Below, piece after piece: positions 6,092 through 15,723 of a stretch of DNA of 34,243 nucleotides. Positions within the stretch are counted from its first letter, which is position 1; each line of letters begins with the position of its first letter. The stretch spans positions 1-34,243 of the IMG/VR virus record IMGVR_UViG_3300020403_000042. One strand, given 5' to 3'. The DNA comes from a virus. Its lineage: Duplodnaviria; Caudoviricetes. The notes below the pieces were generated by a model that ran no database searches, was not told the DNA's origin, and saw nothing but the letters and a program-made list of their open reading frames with translations. Position numbers and translations under genes: made by a program.

Positions 6092-6892
6092 ATGACTTTA
6101 GACGAGTCCATTCAGGGAAACGTTCTAAAGGTACCTGAAAAAGAAGAAGATAAAAAGGTTTTGTACACTAAAAAAGGTACAATTAGAAAACGTAAACCTA
6201 AAACTAAAAACTTATATTTTACTCAAGATACCGAAGATGCAATTTTAGAATACTTAGCAGAAACGGACCCAATTAAAAGAAACAAGATATACAATGAAAG
6301 AATTTGGTATGGTTTCTTTAAGTTAACAGAAAATATAATTCACACTTTTAAGTTTTACTATACAGAAGTAGATACTATAGCTGAACTCCAACATGAGGTA
6401 ACAGCTTTTTTACTAGAAAAATTACATTTATATAAACAAGGTAAAGGTAAAGCTTATTCATACTTTGGTACTATTGCTAAAAGGTATTTAATAATTTATA
6501 ATAATACTAATTATAAAAAGTTAAAACAAAAGGCACCCGTTGATGATATAGATTCGGATTTTACAATATCCAATGATTTATATAATTCACATTATAATGG
6601 GTCAAGTGAAATCGGTAAATTTGTAGATCAATTCATCAGGTATATGGATCACCATTTATTTGATTTCTTTCCTAAACCAGAAGATGCCAGAACAGCAGAT
6701 GCAATTATGGAATTATTTAGAAAAAGAGATAATCTAGATATATTTAATAAAAAGGCATTATACATTTATATTAGAGAAATCACAGATCAGGAAACACCTC
6801 AAATAACAAAAGTTATTAAAAAAATGAAGAAGGTGTATAAAGATAAAATTTCCGAATTTTACGAAAAAGGATACATTACTACAGAAAATTAA
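6092..6892 (+). CDS. phage late-transcription sigma factor (T4 gp55-like)
   Basis: Sigma region-2-like segment LQHEVTAFLLEKLHLYKQGKGKAYSYFGTIAKRYLI and N-terminal YFTQDTEDAILEY; sits immediately before the structural module. Confidence 0.7.
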   Translation: MTLDESIQGNVLKVPEKEEDKKVLYTKKGTIRKRKPKTKNLYFTQDTEDAILEYLAETDPIKRNKIYNERIWYGFFKLTENIIHTFKFYYTEVDTIAELQHEVTAFLLEKLHLYKQGKGKAYSYFGTIAKRYLIIYNNTNYKKLKQKAPVDDIDSDFTISNDLYNSHYNGSSEIGKFVDQFIRYMDHHLFDFFPKPEDARTADAIMELFRKRDNLDIFNKKALYIYIREITDQETPQITKVIKKMKKVYKDKISEFYEKGYITTEN

Positions 6893-6910
6893 AATTCTTC
6901 TTATAGAATA

Positions 6911-6918
6911 TATTTATA
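6911..6918 (+). promoter_or_regulatory. putative late promoter TATTTATA
   Basis: Present in each of the four largest intergenic gaps of the structural module. Confidence 0.65.
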
Positions 6919-6933
6919 TCAAACTATAAGATT

Positions 6934-7293
6934 ATGGATTTCGAACAAATTAACCTTTTTGGAAAAAAATCATTTGCTGATCTTCTAAAAGAGATACACA
7001 CTAATCAAAAAGATAAAGAAGCTCAATTAAAAAATTTAATTGAAGGTTTAAAACCCCTAGTTACTACACCAGGGGAAGCTACAGTTATTGTTCCTTTAAT
7101 TAAGGAATATATGGAATTATCAATTAAAAATGATGACCATTTATTAAAAATGGCTGGTATAGTTCAAAGAGCTATGAATTCTAAAGCTGCTGATAGTGAT
7201 GAACTACTTACTGATGAAGATAAAGAGCAATTATTTGCTTCATTACAAGAACTAGAAACTAAAGTAGAAGAACCAGTTAAAGAAAGTGCTTAA
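6934..7293 (+). CDS. conserved helical hypothetical protein (terminase small subunit is possible)
   Basis: All-helical 119 aa; first late gene. Function is a guess. Confidence 0.55.
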   Translation: MDFEQINLFGKKSFADLLKEIHTNQKDKEAQLKNLIEGLKPLVTTPGEATVIVPLIKEYMELSIKNDDHLLKMAGIVQRAMNSKAADSDELLTDEDKEQLFASLQELETKVEEPVKESA

Positions 7294-8906
7294 TGTCAAT
7301 GTATCCTAGCTTCGGCAAGCAATTAAGTAAAGCTCGTAACAGAGGAGGAAAAAACATTACCAATATAATTTTTGGTAGAGTAAAGGATATCTCTATAACT
7401 CCAGATGTTAACACGGGTGAAAAAAGTAATTGGAAGTATAATAAAAATGGTGAGTGGGATTATAATTTAACAGGATATATTTTATTTACTCCTATAGGAA
7501 AGAAAACTCCTGTTGATATAGATAATTTAAATTCTGCATATATAGCTGCCCCCCTATTAACTAATGTTTCTAAATTACCTGTTATAAATGAAATAGTTGC
7601 TATATTCCCTGCACCTAGTTTAAATATGAATAAGGGAAACCCAGCATCAGTTAGAAATTATTATATGTCCATAGTATCTGTATGGAATAATGCCAACCAC
7701 AATGCTTTTCCCGATTTACAAACATTAACATCTAAAACTAATCACGATTCAGGTAATAACTCAAGTGTAGAAGCAGGAATACCTAATAACCCATTTGATT
7801 CTCCTGAAGAATTAGAGTTTGGAAATTACTTTGAGGAAAACCCCGATATAAGAGCTTTATTACCTAGTGAAGGAGATGTAATTGTAGAAGGTAGATTTGG
7901 TAATAGCATTAGACTAGGAAGTTCAGCTCCAACTCAAATTCCACGTAATCAGTGGTCTGATGAAGGAGATAACGGAAAACCTGTAGTTATTATAAGAAAT
8001 GGACAAAAAGAAGCAATAAGCCCTAATCCATGGGATCCTATATTTGAAGATGTTAATAATGATGGTTCATCTATTTATATGCTTTCTGATCAACCTTTAA
8101 GAGCTTTTGACCCTGCTTATTCCAAACTGGATTCATTAAATTTAAATTTAGTTAATGCCGTAGATACTTCACAAGAAATTCAATCAAATATTGAAAATTT
8201 AGTGGGATTAGGTGGCAATTTTGATGGTGAATCTAACCCGGGTAATGATGTTGAGTATTTAGGTCAAGTAGCTACTAGTAGTTTAGATTTAGATAATCAA
8301 GAGGAATTATTAAGTCAAGTTAAACAAGCTTATAGTGATAATAATTTTAAATATGAAACTGATAAGTGGAAATTAAATATAACAGGAGTTAGAACCCCAG
8401 GAAAACAAGTTACAAATCAATTTGATGATAATATAGTCATAACATTTAAGGATGAAAATGATGTAGAACAAGTATATCAATTCCCAATTACCACTCAACC
8501 AGGAAAAACTTGGGTTAAAAAACCTATGAGAGGAACACCAGGTGTAGCTATATTAAAACCAGGACAATATCCAAATGCCTATAAATTTGGAAGACATGCT
8601 CCTAGTGGAAGAGGATATGAAGCTATTGTAGATGCTGAAGATTTAATAGTATTTAGAGATAATAATAAAGATTTAAATTATGATGATCCTAATATTCCTA
8701 CTCAAACAGGTGAGTTTGGAATTAATATTCATAGATCAAATCCTAGGGGTACCTCTAAAAGTGTAAATAATTGGTCAGCGGGATGTCAAGTATTTGCTAA
8801 CTCAGAAGATTTTAAAGTATTTATGGAGTTATGTACTAAAAGTTACAAACAACAAAGTATAAAAAAAGGAAAAATAAGATTTACTTATACATTAATAGAA
8901 GCATAA
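7293..8906 (+). CDS. baseplate hub protein (gp5-like N-terminal OB region) fused to a YkuD/L,D-peptidase-like cell-wall enzyme
   Basis: GRVKDI...LPVINEIVAI...YYMSIV (gp5/VgrG OB-like); EGDVIVEGRFGNSIRLGS; C-terminal GINIHRS...WSAGCQV (H-x-S-x-G-C). Confidence 0.7.
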   Translation: MSMYPSFGKQLSKARNRGGKNITNIIFGRVKDISITPDVNTGEKSNWKYNKNGEWDYNLTGYILFTPIGKKTPVDIDNLNSAYIAAPLLTNVSKLPVINEIVAIFPAPSLNMNKGNPASVRNYYMSIVSVWNNANHNAFPDLQTLTSKTNHDSGNNSSVEAGIPNNPFDSPEELEFGNYFEENPDIRALLPSEGDVIVEGRFGNSIRLGSSAPTQIPRNQWSDEGDNGKPVVIIRNGQKEAISPNPWDPIFEDVNNDGSSIYMLSDQPLRAFDPAYSKLDSLNLNLVNAVDTSQEIQSNIENLVGLGGNFDGESNPGNDVEYLGQVATSSLDLDNQEELLSQVKQAYSDNNFKYETDKWKLNITGVRTPGKQVTNQFDDNIVITFKDENDVEQVYQFPITTQPGKTWVKKPMRGTPGVAILKPGQYPNAYKFGRHAPSGRGYEAIVDAEDLIVFRDNNKDLNYDDPNIPTQTGEFGINIHRSNPRGTSKSVNNWSAGCQVFANSEDFKVFMELCTKSYKQQSIKKGKIRFTYTLIEA

Positions 8907-8907
8907 A

Positions 8908-9324
8908 ATGGCATATTCACCAGACTTTCCTTATAAAGGAGAACAAATAATTATAAACTCAGGAAGAGTATTTATTAATTCACGTGATGATTCAGCGTTT
9001 ATCAATGCATCAAAAGCAATATCTCTTGGTTCTGGTGGTACCCTTAATTTTGATAGTGCTGATAAATGTATAGTAAATTCTCCTAGAATTGATTTAGGAT
9101 TAGATGCATCCCATCCAGTATCTAAAGGTGATGTTTTAAAAAGAATATTAGAAGAAATTATTACAAAATTAGATAGAGCAGGGAGTCAATTAAAAAAAGC
9201 CAAAGGTAATAAGAGTGCTCCCCTTACAGAAACAAGAGCAGCTGGAGGAGTTTTAAAAAGTATTAGTAATAAAGTAAAACAAGAAATGAAAATATTAAAT
9301 TCAGAAATAACCTTTACTAAATAA
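8908..9324 (+). CDS. baseplate spike, C-terminal beta-helix-like part
   Basis: Short alternating beta-strands (QIIINSGRVFINS...AISL...TLNFDS...IVNSPRIDLG) then HPVSKGD. Confidence 0.6.
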   Translation: MAYSPDFPYKGEQIIINSGRVFINSRDDSAFINASKAISLGSGGTLNFDSADKCIVNSPRIDLGLDASHPVSKGDVLKRILEEIITKLDRAGSQLKKAKGNKSAPLTETRAAGGVLKSISNKVKQEMKILNSEITFTK

Positions 9325-11360
9325 TGGCAATTGATTACGCTAACATATTAGGAAAATTATCTGTTAAAATATCTGATATTTCTATAGAAGTAGAAGAAAG
9401 ATTAGATTTTATTAATGATAAATTATTTCAAATTAATACAATAGATTTTTGTAACCCTATGGGATATATATTAGGTAAAGCTCTCCCTCCTGATGGAATA
9501 GTTCAAAAACAAATTGATGCTTATGCAGGTAAATTAAAAGGATTTACTAATAAAATAGGAAAAATAAATTTAAAAGAGGAAGCCCTAAATCAATTAGATA
9601 AAACAGCAGGTACTACATCAGCACAATTACAAAAAAGACAAGAAACAGTTAATGCTCTTTTAGATGTTAAAAAAGAATTAGATGTATTAACAGTACCTCA
9701 AGCATTCTCAGATAATATCCCAGGTGCAGAAAAAATTACAGCTAAAATAGAAGAATTAAGATTAAAATTAACTATAGCTGAAGGAGTTATTCTTACAGAA
9801 GTAAGTCCCTTAGAATTACTAGAACAAACTAAAGAATTAAGATCAATAAATAAATTTTTACTTCCTTTTACTAATCCTGTAAATGTCATTAATAGTGTAT
9901 TTGCTGATCAAGTTCAAGATGTAAATAAGATTTTAAAAGATTTTATTCGTCCTGAAAGGTTTGCAGATGATGTTGAAGCTTTAATTAAAGGTATTGTAGC
10001 TATAAATAAGTTATTAGAAAGGATAATTTCAACTCTTAGAATGGTTAATGCAATAATTAAATTATGTCAAATATTAATTAAACTTTATATTGTATTAGCA
10101 AAATTATTAAAGAAACTTCCTATTCCTGCTCGTTGGATGACAGCGGGATCTATTGTAAAATTAGCTACAAAAGCGAATGACATGGAATTTCATAAAGCCC
10201 AAGAACTAAAAGAATTCTTAGGTGTTATTTCAGGTTTTATAGATTCTGTAATGTTAAGTATAGGGTTTATTAGAGATGAAATGTTAGTATTAATAACAAA
10301 CTTAGAACAATTAAAACAAAACCTCTCAGCTTGTCCATATACTAAAGATAATTACTTACAAGAGGCAATAGATGAAGTTATTGTTAATGTAAACCAAACA
10401 ATTACAGAATTAGAAGAAACTGCTCCACAAATTAAAAGAACTCCAATTCCTGATAAATCACCTTTAAGTAAAACTAATAGAAAATGTCATAAGTTATATA
10501 GAGGTTTTTGTATTAGAATAGAAAAAGAAACATTAGTGGACGAAAATATAACAGTTGTTAGAAGATATGCTAATATTATTAATGCTAAGGGAGATATTGT
10601 AGATGAAACTTCACCTACTTATGCTACTAAGGATTCTATTATAATCAATGAAGCCGAATATATTATAAATACTTATGGCGACATAGCTACCCCAGATGGA
10701 GAAACAACTCAATTTAGTGAAAAGGATGCTGAGGAAATATTAGATATTGATCTTAAAGAAATTCAAAATGAAGAAACTTTAGCACAAAAAGAAGTTGATA
10801 ATTTAGTAAATAATATACAAGCTGAAGCAGATTTAAAGAAAAAATTAGAAGCAGAGAAAAAGAAAAAAGAAAAACAAAATAATTCTAACCCAATAGACCA
10901 ACCGGATCCTAAAAGAGTTAAAAAAGTAGTACAGTTTGTAAATAGTATAACAGTTAAAGATTGGTTTGAAATAATGGATAATAGAAGAGCTGGTGTTGGG
11001 GCCTTTGGAATATTTTCTAGAAACCAAAGTGTTACTAAAGCATTTGATACTTACAATAATAAACAAAGAAAAGAATTACTTGAAGATTTAGGAAATTCAA
11101 GATTAACAGACTATATAAATAAAAATACAAGAAGATATACTAGAAACCCTCTTACTAGAAGTTATAGAGGTTGGAATAGAGGTCGTGAATTAGGACAAGA
11201 TGCATATAATACTAAGTATTTAATTAGATTTTTAAAGCAGAAAAAATTTACTAATGCCGAAATTCAGGCTGGATTAGAACAAACTTCTCTAGCTAAAACA
11301 TATAATTTTAATATTGATAAAAAAGGAAGAGTAAAATTTAAACGTTTAAAAGGAAGATAG
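9324..11360 (+). CDS. large helical virion-associated protein of unknown function
   Basis: 678 aa, coiled-coil rich with an amphipathic/hydrophobic middle; TAATG-coupled within the baseplate operon. Confidence 0.6.
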   Translation: MAIDYANILGKLSVKISDISIEVEERLDFINDKLFQINTIDFCNPMGYILGKALPPDGIVQKQIDAYAGKLKGFTNKIGKINLKEEALNQLDKTAGTTSAQLQKRQETVNALLDVKKELDVLTVPQAFSDNIPGAEKITAKIEELRLKLTIAEGVILTEVSPLELLEQTKELRSINKFLLPFTNPVNVINSVFADQVQDVNKILKDFIRPERFADDVEALIKGIVAINKLLERIISTLRMVNAIIKLCQILIKLYIVLAKLLKKLPIPARWMTAGSIVKLATKANDMEFHKAQELKEFLGVISGFIDSVMLSIGFIRDEMLVLITNLEQLKQNLSACPYTKDNYLQEAIDEVIVNVNQTITELEETAPQIKRTPIPDKSPLSKTNRKCHKLYRGFCIRIEKETLVDENITVVRRYANIINAKGDIVDETSPTYATKDSIIINEAEYIINTYGDIATPDGETTQFSEKDAEEILDIDLKEIQNEETLAQKEVDNLVNNIQAEADLKKKLEAEKKKKEKQNNSNPIDQPDPKRVKKVVQFVNSITVKDWFEIMDNRRAGVGAFGIFSRNQSVTKAFDTYNNKQRKELLEDLGNSRLTDYINKNTRRYTRNPLTRSYRGWNRGRELGQDAYNTKYLIRFLKQKKFTNAEIQAGLEQTSLAKTYNFNIDKKGRVKFKRLKGR

Positions 11361-11393
11361 TATATAAAAATTAAAAATAAGTTATAGAATAAA

Positions 11394-11401
11394 TATTTAT
11401 A
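11394..11401 (+). promoter_or_regulatory. putative late promoter TATTTATA
   Basis: 3 nt before the ATG at 11405 (near-leaderless). Confidence 0.6.
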
Positions 11402-11404
11402 ATC

Positions 11405-11941
11405 ATGAAGATTGATCAATTAAGAAAGATAATAAAAGAAGAAGTGAAATCCGCTATGAAGGAGGAACTTAAAGATATTTTAACAGAAGCTGTTAAGATA
11501 GCAAGTGATCCTAATGTTAATTTAAAAGGAAACGTAGGAAACACAGGTCCTAAAGCAGGCCCTAAAGCAGGCCTTAAAGGAAATATGGGAAATGATGGTG
11601 TAGAAGATCCAACATTGAAATTTTCTAAATTAGTAAATGAAGAAAGAAAACCATTAAACAACCCTCAATTTGAAACTAAAGGTAATCCTGTATTAGAAGC
11701 CCTTAACCACACAGCGGCTTCTGGAGAATGGAGAACATTAAATGGAGGATCATATAATGCGGGAGATGCTGTAGGTTGGAGTGGAGGAGGTCCTATGGGA
11801 GCTTCAGCTACACCTGTAGTCAACTCAGTTGAAGAAATGATTGGAAATAAAAGAACATCCGATATTAATGCCGTTAGTATAGATGCTGTTCCTGATTTTT
11901 CCAATTTAATGGGTAATTTAAAAGAAAAAGGTAAATTATAA
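11405..11941 (+). CDS. hypothetical virion protein with an N-terminal propeptide-like helix
   Basis: MKIDQLRKIIKEEV...ILTE leader; low-complexity middle. Confidence 0.65.
   Translation: MKIDQLRKIIKEEVKSAMKEELKDILTEAVKIASDPNVNLKGNVGNTGPKAGPKAGLKGNMGNDGVEDPTLKFSKLVNEERKPLNNPQFETKGNPVLEALNHTAASGEWRTLNGGSYNAGDAVGWSGGGPMGASATPVVNSVEEMIGNKRTSDINAVSIDAVPDFSNLMGNLKEKGKL
11546..11581 (+). repeat. 12-bp in-frame tandem repeat x3
   Basis: GGTCCTAAAGCA GGCCCTAAAGCA GGCCTTAAAGGA (GPKA GPKA GLKG). Confidence 0.8.
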
Positions 11942-12372
11942 TGGCCGAAGGTAGATATAATATTGTTAAAAAATTAGAATCTGATTTATTTCCTAATAAA
12001 GGAATTGGAATTAATATTCCTTTTGATGGTAATACAGGAATTAACAGTACATTTCTATCTAAGGATGCTATTAGAGCTAATTTACTTAACTTTTTCTTAA
12101 CAGCTAGAAGAGAAAGAGTATTTAATCCCCAATTTGGATCAGGATTAAGAAATTTATTATTTGAACCTTTAACGGATGATAATAAAAATGCAATTAGAGT
12201 TTTTATAGAAGAAGGAGTAGCAGCCTATTTTCCAAAAGTTAATATAGAAGATATTAATATTGGATTTAGAGAAGATGAAAATATTGCTCTTATTAATTTT
12301 AAATATTCTATAAAAAACACAAATATAACAGATGAATTAAATATAACATTTACAAATGTCTCAACAATCTAA
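11941..12372 (+). CDS. baseplate wedge subunit, GPW/gp25 family
   Basis: AIRANLLNFFLTARRERVFNPQFGSGLRNLLFEP signature. Confidence 0.92.
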   Translation: MAEGRYNIVKKLESDLFPNKGIGINIPFDGNTGINSTFLSKDAIRANLLNFFLTARRERVFNPQFGSGLRNLLFEPLTDDNKNAIRVFIEEGVAAYFPKVNIEDINIGFREDENIALINFKYSIKNTNITDELNITFTNVSTI

Positions 12373-14233
12373 AAAAATAAAATATTTAAATAAGGACTTT
12401 GATTCTTTAAAACAAAGGCTTTTAGAGTTTGCTGAAACCTATTATCCTGATACCTATAATGACTTTAATGAAGCATCACCTGGTTTGATGTTAATTGAAA
12501 TGGCATCATATGTTGGTGACGTTTTAAATTTTTATACTGAAAATCAAATACAAGAAAACTTTTTACAATATGCTAAACAAAGAAATAACTTACTTACATT
12601 AGCATATAATTACGGTTATAGACCTAAAGTAACTAAAGCATCAACAGTTGGATTAGAAGTATATCAAATAGTCCCTTCTACAGACGAAAGAGGGTTTGTA
12701 GAACCTAACTTCAATTATGCTTTACAAATAGAAGATGGGGCACAAGTTAGAGCTGGTAACAATACAGATATATATTTTTATACTAATAAGGATATAGATT
12801 TTACCATATCAGGGTCATCTAACCCAACAGATATTTCTGTATATTCTGTAGATTCAGATAATTTACCTAACTTTTATTTATTAAAAAAATCAATAATAGC
12901 ATCAGCTGGAAAAGTTGTAAATAAGTCATTTGAATTTGGTACTGCTGAAAGATTTGCAACTGTAGAAATTGATGATACTAATATAATTAGAGTTATAAAA
13001 GTAACAGATAGTGAAAATGAAAGATGGTATGAAGTACCTTATTTGGCACAAGAAACAATTTTTGATGAAGTAGAAAATATAGCTTCAAATGACCCTAATT
13101 TAGCTCAATATAATGAAACAGTACCTTATTTATTAAAAATTAAAAAAGTACCTCAAAGATTTGTATCTAGATTTAAATCTGATAGTTCTTTACAATTACA
13201 ATTTGGACCAGGAGTTTCGGATAATCCTGATGAAGTAATAATTCCTAACCCTGATGAAATAGGATTAGGATTACCTTATGGACAAGATAAATTAACTACT
13301 GCTTGGGATCCTTCTAACTTTTTATATACTCAAACTTATGGTCTAGCACCTGCTAATACAACTTTGAATGTAGAATATGTGATAGGAGGAGGAGCTGCTT
13401 CAAATGTTAAATCTAATTCCATAAACACATTTCATACAGGTTCAGTTAGCATATATGGAAATGATCTAGATGCTACAATATCAGAAACAGTAAGACAATC
13501 TTTAGCATTTAATAATCCTGATCCTGCATCAGGTGGGGGTGCTGGAGATACAAATGAGCAAATAAGACAAAATGCTCTTGCATCTTACCCAACCCAATTA
13601 AGAACAGTTACTAGAGAAGATTACATTATTAGAAGTTATTCATTACCTTCTAAATTTGGAAAAGTTTCTAAAGCATATATTATTCCTGAAGATACTATTA
13701 AGACTAATTTTAGTAATGATAATATGTACAATTCTAATACTAGTAATATGTCTTTATATATTTTATCTGAGGAATCAAATGGAAAATTAATACCATCTAA
13801 TTTAGCTTTAAAACAAAATTTAGAAACATTCCTTTCGGAATATAGAATGTTAACAGATGCAGTTAATATAAAAGATGCTTTTATCATTAATATTGGTGTT
13901 AATTTTGAAATTATACCAAGACCTAATTTTAGTAGTACTTTTGTATTAAATGGGTGTTTAAATGAATTAAAAAATTATTTTAACATTGACAATTGGCAAA
14001 TCAATCAACCTATCCTTATAAGAGAAATATATACTCTTTTAGATAAAGTTGAAGGAGTACAAACAGTTGAAAATATTGAAATTATAAATAAGGTAGGTGG
14101 AGAATATTCTCCATATGCTTATGATATTAAAGGTGCAACAATAAAACAAATTTTATATCCTTCTTTAGATCCTAGTATATTTGAAGTTAAAAACCCAGAT
14201 ATAGATTTATTTGGAAGGGTAGTATCATTATAA
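12356..14233 (+). CDS. baseplate wedge subunit (T4 gp6 / baseplate J-like)
   Basis: KDFDSLKQRL...YNDFNEASPGLMLIEMASYVGDVLNFY; GGGAASNV; GGGAGDTNEQIR...QLRTVTREDY. Confidence 0.92.
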   Translation: MSQQSKKIKYLNKDFDSLKQRLLEFAETYYPDTYNDFNEASPGLMLIEMASYVGDVLNFYTENQIQENFLQYAKQRNNLLTLAYNYGYRPKVTKASTVGLEVYQIVPSTDERGFVEPNFNYALQIEDGAQVRAGNNTDIYFYTNKDIDFTISGSSNPTDISVYSVDSDNLPNFYLLKKSIIASAGKVVNKSFEFGTAERFATVEIDDTNIIRVIKVTDSENERWYEVPYLAQETIFDEVENIASNDPNLAQYNETVPYLLKIKKVPQRFVSRFKSDSSLQLQFGPGVSDNPDEVIIPNPDEIGLGLPYGQDKLTTAWDPSNFLYTQTYGLAPANTTLNVEYVIGGGAASNVKSNSINTFHTGSVSIYGNDLDATISETVRQSLAFNNPDPASGGGAGDTNEQIRQNALASYPTQLRTVTREDYIIRSYSLPSKFGKVSKAYIIPEDTIKTNFSNDNMYNSNTSNMSLYILSEESNGKLIPSNLALKQNLETFLSEYRMLTDAVNIKDAFIINIGVNFEIIPRPNFSSTFVLNGCLNELKNYFNIDNWQINQPILIREIYTLLDKVEGVQTVENIEIINKVGGEYSPYAYDIKGATIKQILYPSLDPSIFEVKNPDIDLFGRVVSL

Positions 14234-14242
14234 TAAGAAAAA

Positions 14243-15367
14243 ATGGCAATATATAAATTATTTCCTGATAAAGACGCTACAATAGTTTCAAATTTTCCAT
14301 CTCAAAACCAAGGTAGAGATGAAATTTTGGAAATAGGTACTTTTAACGGAACCTCTAGTTTTAGTGATTCTGCTCAAGGAACTCTTCCAGCATATAAGCG
14401 ATCACTAATTAAATTTAACTCTACAGAAATTAGTAATGTATTATCTGATAAAGTAGGAAGTAGTGATTTTTCAGCTTCACTAAGATTATTTTTAGCTGAG
14501 GCAGAAGGTATTCCTTTAGATTATAATATATTTTGTGCCGCAGTATCTCAAAGTTGGAGAATGGGTACAGGTAGAAACCATGATACTCCTAAAACAACAA
14601 ATGGGTGTTCTTGGGTATTTACTCAACAATCAGGTTCTATGCCTTGGAAAACATCGGGATTTGCTCCTTTTGTTACAGCATCTTATTCATCAAGTGTGCC
14701 TGGTGGGGGTAGTTGGTATTTTGGAGGATCAGGATTAGTACCTACTTCTTCACAAAATTTTACTTATACCACTAATAAAGATGTAAATTTAAATGTTAAA
14801 CCACATGTATTAATGTGGAATAGTGGAACTATTGAAAATGAAGGATTTATATTAAAATTAGATGAAGCTACTGAAGCAAATGAAAATTTAACATTATTAA
14901 AATATTTTTCTGTTGATACTCATACTATATACCCACCAACATTAGAAATTAAATGGGACGATTCTGATTTTAGTTCTACTGCTACAATAGTTACTTCTAG
15001 TGATTTTGTAGCTAAACTTACAAACTTAAAATCTGAATTTGAAAATAGTAGTGTCTATAAATTTAAAGTAAAAGCAAGAGATACATTTCCTACTAGGATG
15101 TTCCAAACCTCTTCCGTATATTTGAATACTAAAATACTACCTACTTCTTCCTACTGGGGTCTTAAGGATGCTAAAACCGAAGAAATGGTTATAGACTTTG
15201 ATACTAAATTTACAAAATTAAGTGCTAATAATGATGAAAATTATTTTACACTTTACATGGACGGGTTAGAACCAGAAAGATATTATCAAGTAGTTATTAA
15301 AACTATTATTGAAGATGAAACTATAATTTTAGATGATAAATCTAATTATTTTAAATTAGTAAGATAA
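14243..15367 (+). CDS. baseplate-associated protein with a DNRLRE-like beta-sandwich
   Basis: DKDATI...NQGRDEILEIG...RSLIKFN...ASLRLF...NEGFILK...PTLEIKW pattern. Confidence 0.65.
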   Translation: MAIYKLFPDKDATIVSNFPSQNQGRDEILEIGTFNGTSSFSDSAQGTLPAYKRSLIKFNSTEISNVLSDKVGSSDFSASLRLFLAEAEGIPLDYNIFCAAVSQSWRMGTGRNHDTPKTTNGCSWVFTQQSGSMPWKTSGFAPFVTASYSSSVPGGGSWYFGGSGLVPTSSQNFTYTTNKDVNLNVKPHVLMWNSGTIENEGFILKLDEATEANENLTLLKYFSVDTHTIYPPTLEIKWDDSDFSSTATIVTSSDFVAKLTNLKSEFENSSVYKFKVKARDTFPTRMFQTSSVYLNTKILPTSSYWGLKDAKTEEMVIDFDTKFTKLSANNDENYFTLYMDGLEPERYYQVVIKTIIEDETIILDDKSNYFKLVR

Positions 15368-15723
15368 TGAGTCAAAAAATTGATTTGAAACTAAAAGGAT
15401 ATGGAAAAAATTCATATCCTAAAGTAGTAGATACCGAATTTACACAATTAATTCAAAGTGTAGAAACAGAAAGTGAAGTAGGGTTTGTAACTAATGAACA
15501 ATTTTTTGACATTTACAATGATAGATTTTATGAATTACCTATTGAGGGACCTTTTTCTCATAGTGAATTAATTAGAAGAAGCACTGAGTATGTGGGAGTA
15601 GATAACACCTCAGAAGAAGTAGAATTATTATTACAAGAAATTAATGATTTAAGAATTCAACTTTTAGAAAGTCAAAAATCAGTATTAGAAATAACTAATC
15701 CATCTGAACCAGAAAACGAATAA
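15367..15723 (+). CDS. hypothetical baseplate-operon protein
   Basis: TAATG overlaps on both sides; C-terminal coiled coil. Confidence 0.65.
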   Translation: MSQKIDLKLKGYGKNSYPKVVDTEFTQLIQSVETESEVGFVTNEQFFDIYNDRFYELPIEGPFSHSELIRRSTEYVGVDNTSEEVELLLQEINDLRIQLLESQKSVLEITNPSEPENE

